A stretch of DNA of 33,905 nucleotides from Enterobacterales bacterium (GTDB lineage: Bacteria > Pseudomonadota > Gammaproteobacteria > Enterobacterales > GCA-2746155): positions 1 through 33,905 of the forward strand of contig JBLHLI010000002.1 in the NCBI GenBank assembly GCA_047618765.1, in the 5' to 3' direction. This document shows, piece by piece, positions 27,030-33,905 of this stretch (its first letter is position 1; each line of letters opens with the position of its first letter). The notes under the pieces are model-generated. The model was not told where the DNA came from. It searched no databases and saw only the letters and a program-made list of their open reading frames with translations. A program made the translations under genes and the position numbers.

Positions 27030-27464
27030 ATGTTTGAACAACACGTCAAGTCTTTATTCGATAAAGCGATTGCTTATATTTTTATTATTATTTTACTATT
27101 TATTATGGTAGGTATCGCTATTGGAGTCTTTCAATTGTTTGGTACTTTATGGTTGTTGTTTCAATCTGACGGTATTACAGGGAAATATATTGATATTATT
27201 TCAGATGTGTTAACGCTATATGTATTGGTAGAACTATCTCGTTCGCTGGTTGAGTACTTTGATACAAAAAGAATACGATTAACTTTTATTGTTGATGCGG
27301 CAATTGTATTTGTTATAAGAGAAGTGTTAATCGGGTTGTTTAAGCATGCGATAACACCGGATATGCTATACGCACTTTCCGCATTGATTTTTGTTTTGGG
27401 TGTATTGAGAGTGGCTTCAATTCTTCTCTTTCAACGAGAAACAAGTATGTTCCGTGGAGAATAG
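27030..27464 (+). CDS. PsiE-like (phosphate-starvation-inducible E family) small membrane protein
   Basis: 144 aa with four hydrophobic helices. The layout and the ..LVELSRSLVEYF...IVDAAIVFVIREV.. pattern resemble PsiE by recall. Not verified by search. Confidence 0.5.
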   Translation: MFEQHVKSLFDKAIAYIFIIILLFIMVGIAIGVFQLFGTLWLLFQSDGITGKYIDIISDVLTLYVLVELSRSLVEYFDTKRIRLTFIVDAAIVFVIREVLIGLFKHAITPDMLYALSALIFVLGVLRVASILLFQRETSMFRGE

Positions 27465-27523
27465 ATACAATAAATTGAGCGCGCTTTTATATTAATAGAT
27501 TGCGTGAAGCGGAGTACGGCTTC

Positions 27524-28435
27524 ATGTCCCCTACTCGTTATAACACTGTTGTGCAATACAACTGGAAGCCACTTATGGTAGATCGCTTATCTCGCAAGCC
27601 CGTTAGTTTTAAGTTGTGTCAGGATACAGTCTTTCGATGCGCCATTTTAGCCCATGGTGGTGCAGGTTCGAACCCTGATGACTCTGACGGGCCCTTGTCA
27701 GCCGCACAAGCTGGGATGGCATTAATGACGAAGGGGCAATCAGCTCTAGATGCTGTCGTTTGTGCGGTCAGTATTTTAGAAGATGATCCGCGCTTTAATG
27801 CCGGAACAGGTTCCACGCGCCGGGTCGATAATCAGACTATACAAATGGATGCCTCATGCATGTCGAGTGATGGTCAGTTTGGCGCGGTCACTTGTGTCGA
27901 AGCGGTCAAAAATCCCATTACTATTGCTCAAGGCGTATTACTGTATTCTAATCATATACTCATCGCGGGAGATGGCGCACGGCTGTTTGCACAAGCGCAC
28001 AATATCATCACGCAACCTTTGAAAAATAGTGTCGCAAGTAATGATCAATACAGTAGTGCTCCCTCTTGCGATACGGTGGGAGCTGTCGCTTTTGACGGAA
28101 CGATGTTTGCAGCAGCGTTAAGTTCTGGCGGTTTGACAAATGCTGCCATCGGGCGTGTTGGTGATGTTCCTCTACCGGGCTGTGGACTTTATTGCGGGCC
28201 GTTGGGTTCAATTGCCTGTACCGGTGATGGTGAGTTTATCGCCTTAAAAATTCTGGCGAGAGAAGTTTATGGCTGGTTGGAGCAGGGTATGAACCCCCAA
28301 GACGCGTTGAAAAAGGCGCTGATGCTGTTCGATAATGCTATTGATATAGGGCTTATTATTTTAACAAAAAACGGGTTTGCCTCTGGCGCCCGCAATGGTA
28401 TGGCTTGGTCACGGCAAACCAGCACAGAATGGTAG
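27524..28435 (+). CDS. Isoaspartyl dipeptidase / L-asparaginase (Ntn-hydrolase, IaaA type)
   Basis: AILAHGGAGS, the nucleophile motif DTVGAVAFDG, and GDGEF. The start is uncertain: TTG at 27500, ATG at 27524 (GGAG 9 nt upstream) or ATG at 27575. Confidence 0.85.
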   Translation: MSPTRYNTVVQYNWKPLMVDRLSRKPVSFKLCQDTVFRCAILAHGGAGSNPDDSDGPLSAAQAGMALMTKGQSALDAVVCAVSILEDDPRFNAGTGSTRRVDNQTIQMDASCMSSDGQFGAVTCVEAVKNPITIAQGVLLYSNHILIAGDGARLFAQAHNIITQPLKNSVASNDQYSSAPSCDTVGAVAFDGTMFAAALSSGGLTNAAIGRVGDVPLPGCGLYCGPLGSIACTGDGEFIALKILAREVYGWLEQGMNPQDALKKALMLFDNAIDIGLIILTKNGFASGARNGMAWSRQTSTEW

Positions 28436-29271
28436 ACAATAATATGGTATCGAATATTGTTTTCCATGGTCGTCTTATTGCAATTGGAGGCAATGAAGAC
28501 AGAGTGCATGACCTGAAAGTATTAAAGCGAGTCGTTCAGGAAATTGGTAAAGCTGACTATAACGTTGTAGTAATTCCCACGGCTAGTGAAGAACCTGAAC
28601 AACGAGGTAAAGATTACCAGCAGGTATTTACTACGCTTGGTGCTGCATCCGTTGAAATACTCAACATCAAAAAAAGAGCAGAGGCAAACAACAGGACTCT
28701 TGCTAAAAAACTCGAAAATACTGACTTGATTTTTCTTACTGGCGGAGACCAACTCCGCCTAACAACTATATTAGGAGGTACTTGGACGCTGGACGCAATT
28801 CACACCTGTCTGCGAGCTGGAACTCTTGTCGCTGGCACCAGTGCAGGTGCAGCAGTTTTTTCTGACACCATGATTTATGAAGGGAAAAGTGAAGAGGGCT
28901 TGCTCAAGGGTGGCGTATTGACAACTTCCGGCTTTGGTTTTGTTGAAAATATTATTTTTGATACTCACTTTCTTGACCGTGGTCGGATAGGGCGGTTAAT
29001 ACAAATTGTGACCACAAATCCAACCTGCATTGGGGTGGGTCTTGGTGAGGATTCAGGCGTTATTTTGAAAGGTGATGGCACCACCGAAGTGATTGGAACA
29101 GGACAGGTCATTATCATTGACGGCAGTGATATCGAACATTCCAACATCATGAACATAGAGCCGGGTGGCCCGATTGCCGTTGAGAATATCCGCATTCATT
29201 CTCTGGTGAACGGCTATGGCTACAATTTTAAAGAAAGGAAGTTTTTAACAGCCCCACTATCAACAAAATAG
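28429..29271 (+). CDS. cphB: Cyanophycinase (S51 serine peptidase), no signal peptide
   Basis: ..RLIAIGGNED.., FLTGGDQ, the nucleophile motif GTSAGAA, and DTHFLDRGRIGRL. The ATG at 28429 overlaps the upstream stop (ATGGTAG). The ATG at 28444 is an alternative. Confidence 0.88.
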   Translation: MVDNNMVSNIVFHGRLIAIGGNEDRVHDLKVLKRVVQEIGKADYNVVVIPTASEEPEQRGKDYQQVFTTLGAASVEILNIKKRAEANNRTLAKKLENTDLIFLTGGDQLRLTTILGGTWTLDAIHTCLRAGTLVAGTSAGAAVFSDTMIYEGKSEEGLLKGGVLTTSGFGFVENIIFDTHFLDRGRIGRLIQIVTTNPTCIGVGLGEDSGVILKGDGTTEVIGTGQVIIIDGSDIEHSNIMNIEPGGPIAVENIRIHSLVNGYGYNFKERKFLTAPLSTK

Positions 29272-29322
29272 ATTTTACGAAATAGTCATCAGAACACAAA
29301 CCGAAACGACTGGAAAAGTTAA

Positions 29323-31935
29323 ATGATCGATATTAAAGAGTTACGCGCCCTGCGTGGGCCCAATCGCTATACACGTCATTCTGCCATGTTCATGGTATTG
29401 GACATCAAAGACTATGAAGAGAGACCGTCAGATACTCTTGATGGATTTACAAATAGACTACTGACATTAATGCCCAGTCTTCAAGAGCACGGCTGCTCCA
29501 TTGGCAAACCCGGTGGGTTTGTTGAGCGGCTTCAACGGGGTACTTGGGCGGGCCACATCATTGAACATATTGCCATCGAATTGCAATGCTTGGCTGGTAT
29601 GGAAGTGGGTTACGGCAAAACGTTGAGTACGTCAAAAACAGGCGTTTATATCGTTGCTTTCCGCTATCGGGTTGAATCTGTCGGCTTAAAAGTTGCCGAG
29701 CAGGCCATCGCTTTATTCGAAGCAGTGGTTGAAGAAGAAGCCATTGATATTGATAAGATGATCGCCGAGCTTAAAGTCTTGCGAGAAAACGACATGCTGG
29801 GCCCCTCAACCTTGAGTATTGTCGAAGAAGCTAAATCCAGAGGTATCCCTTTTCGGCGTTTAAACAATGATAGTTATATTCAGCTAGGCTATGGCGCGCA
29901 TCAGAAGCGAATTCAGGCCACCATGACTAGCCAAACATCCGCTATCGCAGTAGAGGCAGCCGATGAAAAAACACGAGCAAAACTGCTTTTGCAAAAATCC
30001 GGTATTCCTGTTCCCCACGGCTTTGTTGTTTCAACTGAAGAAGAAGCCATCGAAGCATTCAATGAAATTGATGGTTCGGTGGTCGTAAAACCGGATGTCG
30101 GTAACCATGGCAATGGATCGACCATTGATGTCGAGACAGTAGAGCAACTAAAAATCGCCTTTAAAATTGCCAAAGCTAGGCACCCAGATGTCATTGTTGA
30201 AGAGTACGTCCAAGGTTTTGATTTTCGTTTGTTGGTGATAAACGGGACGTTAGTGGCTGCAGCTAAACGTGAACCTGCTCATGTTGTAGGGGACGGAAAA
30301 TCTTCAATAGCGGCTCTTATCAAAAAGACTAATCAGGATCCACGTCGTGGATTCGGTCATGAAAAAATGCTGACTCAAATTGATATTGACCCAATGACCG
30401 AAACACTTTTGGCTTTGCGGGGGCTGGATCTGAATACCTGTCCAGCGGCAAGCGAAAAAATTTATTTGAAAGCGACGGCTAATCTAAGCCAGGGTGGTAC
30501 AGCTACCGATGTGACGGATGAAGTCAGTCCCGACATTCGCCTTATGGCAGAAAGGGCGGCACGGATTATCGGCCTTGATTGTGTGGGTGTGGATGCACTG
30601 GCAAGGGATATCTCTCTGCCGTTAGAGCAATCAGGTATCAAAGTAGTGGAAGTCAATGCCGCACCCGGCTTTCGTATGCATTTGGAGCCTACCCATGGTC
30701 AGCCTCGCTTAGTCGCCAAACCCTTAGTGGATATGCTTTTCCCTGAGGGTTACGTACAAGTACCGGTAGTTGCAGTTACTGGCACCAACGGTAAAACAAC
30801 AACCTGTAAATTAATTACTCACAGCTTAAAGTATGCAGGTAAAAACGTTGGTTTAGCTTGTACCACCGGCGTTGAGATCGATGGAGTCTCCATCCTAACC
30901 GGTGACTATAGTGGACCTGATGGTGCAGATATTGTCGTTCGGGAATCCACCGTTGATCATATTGTATTAGAGGTTGCGCGAGGCGGTATCGTTAGGCGAG
31001 GTCTAGGTGTCGATCAATTGGATGTGGGCGTACTGCTTAATATCGGTGAAGATCATTTAGGAACCGATTGGGTCGAAACCCAGGAAGATTTGAGTCTGGT
31101 GAAGTCTACCGTTCTGGAAGTCGTCAAAGAGACAGGAACATCAGTATTAAACGCTGATGATGAGGTTACCATGAGCGTACTTGAGCGTGCGAGAGGAAAA
31201 GTCATTCTATTTTCTCTTGACCCAAACAATGCCCACCTCAAAAAGCATGTGGATAGTGGTGGCACGGTTATCACGGTAGAACGGCGAAATGTCATTATTC
31301 GAAATACGGTTCTAGATGTTACTGTTGCTGCGCTGGAAGAAATCCCCATCACGTTTTCCGGTATCGTTGATTTTAATATTGAGAATGCGTTAGCGGCAAT
31401 TGCAGTATTGCATGGCTTAGAATTGTCTATTGAACAAATTCGAAATGGTGTAATGACATTTTATCCTTCAGTTAATCAAAATCCTGGGCGAATGAATTTA
31501 TTTGATTTCCATGAATACAAAGTTCTGCTCGATTACGGCCATAACACCGAGTCAGCCCAAGCTATTGCTAAATTACTGCCGCGGCTATCACCTGGAAGGA
31601 AGGTGGGTTTATGCCATGGCACAGGTAGCCGTACCAATGAGCAAATTATTGCATACGGTAAAGCTTTAGCCTTGGTTTATGATCATATTTTATTGGCCGA
31701 TTTTGACCCTCGCGAACGGGCTACGGGAGAAACAACGGGGCTGGTGCGTCAAGGGTTGATTGAAGCGGGATTCAACCAGACTAATATTGAAATAATTACA
31801 GAACCCAGTGAAGCAGTCGCTGCAATTTTTTCGAAAGCAGAAGCGGGTGATTTACTGGTGATTCAGCCCGATGAGTTGGAGCCTATTATGAGTCAAATTC
31901 AGGCGAGGTATTTACAAGTAGTGGCGCAGATGTAA
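29323..31935 (+). CDS. cphA: Cyanophycin synthetase (CphA1 type)
   Basis: 870 aa. N-domain (..LRALRGPNRYT..), an ATP-grasp domain (..VVVKPDVGNHGNG..), and a Mur-ligase-like domain with the P-loop VTGTNGKTTT. Confidence 0.93.
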   Translation: MIDIKELRALRGPNRYTRHSAMFMVLDIKDYEERPSDTLDGFTNRLLTLMPSLQEHGCSIGKPGGFVERLQRGTWAGHIIEHIAIELQCLAGMEVGYGKTLSTSKTGVYIVAFRYRVESVGLKVAEQAIALFEAVVEEEAIDIDKMIAELKVLRENDMLGPSTLSIVEEAKSRGIPFRRLNNDSYIQLGYGAHQKRIQATMTSQTSAIAVEAADEKTRAKLLLQKSGIPVPHGFVVSTEEEAIEAFNEIDGSVVVKPDVGNHGNGSTIDVETVEQLKIAFKIAKARHPDVIVEEYVQGFDFRLLVINGTLVAAAKREPAHVVGDGKSSIAALIKKTNQDPRRGFGHEKMLTQIDIDPMTETLLALRGLDLNTCPAASEKIYLKATANLSQGGTATDVTDEVSPDIRLMAERAARIIGLDCVGVDALARDISLPLEQSGIKVVEVNAAPGFRMHLEPTHGQPRLVAKPLVDMLFPEGYVQVPVVAVTGTNGKTTTCKLITHSLKYAGKNVGLACTTGVEIDGVSILTGDYSGPDGADIVVRESTVDHIVLEVARGGIVRRGLGVDQLDVGVLLNIGEDHLGTDWVETQEDLSLVKSTVLEVVKETGTSVLNADDEVTMSVLERARGKVILFSLDPNNAHLKKHVDSGGTVITVERRNVIIRNTVLDVTVAALEEIPITFSGIVDFNIENALAAIAVLHGLELSIEQIRNGVMTFYPSVNQNPGRMNLFDFHEYKVLLDYGHNTESAQAIAKLLPRLSPGRKVGLCHGTGSRTNEQIIAYGKALALVYDHILLADFDPRERATGETTGLVRQGLIEAGFNQTNIEIITEPSEAVAAIFSKAEAGDLLVIQPDELEPIMSQIQARYLQVVAQM

Positions 31936-32068
31936 TATAATCGGGACTGGTTGTGTTGTTTCAAACGTAGGTCCTGTATTTGCATAAAAATCGTAGCTAC
32001 CGTTCCCACCACGGACCTTGTCGATGACTATAGCGCTTTCTCCGTCCGCATTGCTCACTTATGGGGTT

Positions 32069-32605
32069 ATGAAAATGTTATTGAAAAATTATAATATAAT
32101 TACATTATATAAATTTTTTAAATGTATAAGTCTATTAATGTTGCTGACTTTAAGTACTTCAATTATGGCGAATTCTTCACAAACGGAACTCTCCATAGCG
32201 GGTTGGATAGAAAATGCTTTATTGGTTTCTCATGGCTTAAAGCTTCGCGCAAAGCTCGATACAGGTGCAAAAACATCCTCAATTAATGCAGTGAATATCA
32301 AAAATTTTGAAAAACAAGGAAAACTATGGATAAAATTTGATATAACAAACTTTGAAGGAAAAACAATAACAATTGAGCGTCCAGTCTTGAGAGAAATTGT
32401 TATTAAACGGCACTTTGCAGACAAACAAGTACGGCCAGTAATTGAATTGGCTATTTGTATTGGCACAAGAACTAAGCTAATCCAGGTTAATTTAATTGAT
32501 CGTAGCGGGTTTAATTATCAATTATTAGTAGGAAGAAATTATTTAAGTGGCAATTTATTAGTCGATGCTTCTAGCAAATATAAAATGGAACTCTTGTGTC
32601 CTTGA
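32069..32605 (+). CDS. Retropepsin-like peptidase of the 'ATP-dependent zinc protease' / RimB family (PF05618-like)
   Basis: ..GWIENALL...LRAKLDTGAKTSSINA...LVGRNYL...LVD.. pattern with a DTGA motif. The signal-like N-terminus starts at the ATG at 32069. The ORF-track TTG at 32018 is less likely. Confidence 0.75.
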   Translation: MKMLLKNYNIITLYKFFKCISLLMLLTLSTSIMANSSQTELSIAGWIENALLVSHGLKLRAKLDTGAKTSSINAVNIKNFEKQGKLWIKFDITNFEGKTITIERPVLREIVIKRHFADKQVRPVIELAICIGTRTKLIQVNLIDRSGFNYQLLVGRNYLSGNLLVDASSKYKMELLCP

Positions 32606-32624
32606 TAGTGGGTTAATCGATTGC

Positions 32625-33778
32625 TTATGCTTCACTATCATCAGTTTTATGAATTTGTATCCGTTTGAACCATGGCAAGTTGGCCATACACCAGTTTCTA
32701 CATGGCCCTAATAAAATAATACAGAGAAGGGTGACTGTGTGTATTTCAGGGTAAGCTAATATCATTTCAGCCCAATCCGATCTTAGTAGTACGAAGAACG
32801 ATACCGTTGCAGCGATAGTAGTCCAAATTAATCTAATAAGTGCTTTTCGCATTCCATATTTATCCGCTAGCGTATAAATTCTATCAATCAGCATTGTCAA
32901 AATAACAATAGGCAGTAGCACTACAGCACTATCGGTTGTTGAATCAATATAAGTTAGTGACGAGACAACTAATGTCATTGTCATTACCACTATAACAAAA
33001 ATAACACTCACTCTTGACGTTCGTGAAAGCTCTAGACGAGGTAACATGGAGCGCCCGGTAATGCCTGCAACAATCACCAGTGCAAAAATAATGGCCGCGG
33101 TAAACTTATCTGCATAAACAGCAGCAAGTGCAAGTAAAGTTGGCGTAAAGATACCATAGGTGCGTACACCAATGAGTTGCCGTAGTGCTTCTGTCAATAA
33201 CACCCCGATAGGTAACAACATAAGTAGTCCAAGTATATTACGTGTACTTGGGGCTAAACGTGTAAGGTCAAAAATCGAGAGCCAGCTGGCTTCTTTTGAG
33301 GTAAACATTCCGTGCGGAAACTTTGTAGGTACAATTTCCCAGACCTGGTTGGTTGTCTGGATATTTTCATCCGTAATAAGCACGCGCTCACTCCCTTTAC
33401 GTAAAGGGATATATGAACTAGGTAGGCCATCTTTATAGCGATTAACAACATCTAATGATTTCCAGCCATCCTGAATATATAACTCAACCCAATGGATAGG
33501 CTGTTTATCCTGCGCAAGATGTAAATCGACTCCCGTAACGATCCGCGATGGCATGTGTGCGGCACGTAATAGACTGATTAGTGCTTTGTGCATACCGATG
33601 TCGTTAGCTTTTTTAAAATTTAGTGCTTCCTTAGCCTTATCAGTTGCTGTTTTATCAAGGCGTATATTATCGAGGATATATTGATATAATCGGGATGCTA
33701 AAACCTCTGATTTTGGCTCATCAAGCGACGCGTGTTCTACTATTTTCCTGACAAAAGGGGCATCAAGGGGGTATTCTT
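32625..33778 (-). pseudogene. 7TM protein fused to an inactive transglutaminase domain (RimK-associated family), 5'-truncated by an IS
   Basis: The frame stays open upstream of the listed Met back to the IS end at 33779 (..LYQYILDNIRLDKTATDKAKEALNFKKANDIGMHKALISLLRAAHMPSRIVTG..). The TGase core has GMH in place of the catalytic G-x-C. About seven hydrophobic helices follow. No start codon remains before the IS. Confidence 0.7.
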
Positions 33779-33905
33779 CCCTAACGTTGCATAAAAAAGA
33801 CGAGCTATGGCTAGGCCGCTCTACGGATTTCTTCTAGATAATGCAACATCTCACCTTTTACAGCTTCATTTGTTGCCATAGATAAGACTAATTTACCTTG
33901 CGGCC
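33779..33905 (-). mobile_element. Right end of a second IS1380-like copy, inverted and running off the window
   Basis: The reverse complement of 33779-33905 equals 19620-19746 with 4 mismatches. The similarity stops exactly at ...CGTTAGGG. Confidence 0.85.

Noticed and set aside
27655-27680. GGTTCGAACCC, a canonical-looking tRNA T-loop string
   Set aside because: It lies inside the asparaginase-family CDS, where it encodes GAGSNPD of the conserved HGGAGS motif. No cloverleaf surrounds it.
27500-31935. The cyanophycin cluster as the undescribed system
   Set aside because: All three enzymes belong to well-characterised families and the gene combination is already known. It is reported for its context only.

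Overview
This is an AT-rich, gammaproteobacterial-looking chromosomal segment. I cannot assign a taxon without a database search. I found no rRNA, tRNA or CRISPR.

Intact genes, in order:
- fumC and corA
- an RMD1/DUF155 protein
- a fold-III PLP ornithine/lysine decarboxylase
- two paralogous CDGSH Fe-S proteins and an Hsp20
- a GAF hybrid histidine kinase
- a PmrAB/BasRS/QseBC-type two-component operon
- a CPA2 antiporter
- a three-gene envelope operon containing DUF502
- an Old Yellow Enzyme reductase
- a PepSY protein
- acnA, dps and htpX
- a PsiE-like protein
- a complete cyanophycin cluster (isoaspartyl dipeptidase, cyanophycinase, cphA)
- a retropepsin-like 'zinc protease'

The window also shows heavy decay. 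There are relics of an integrase, hsp20, nhaA, cbpA and ndh, plus two genes broken at homopolymer runs. A multiply inactivated IS1380-like element sits at 18117-19746. A second, inverted copy at the right edge truncates a 7TM inactive-transglutaminase gene. A 134-bp MITE is present in two copies.

The main finding is a recurring promoter architecture, yTTAAG-N5-yTTAAG-N10-TAnnnT, at 13 intergenic sites. It lies in front of stress and stationary-phase genes and in front of the PmrA-like operon itself. This suggests a PmrA-box regulon that has been redeployed.
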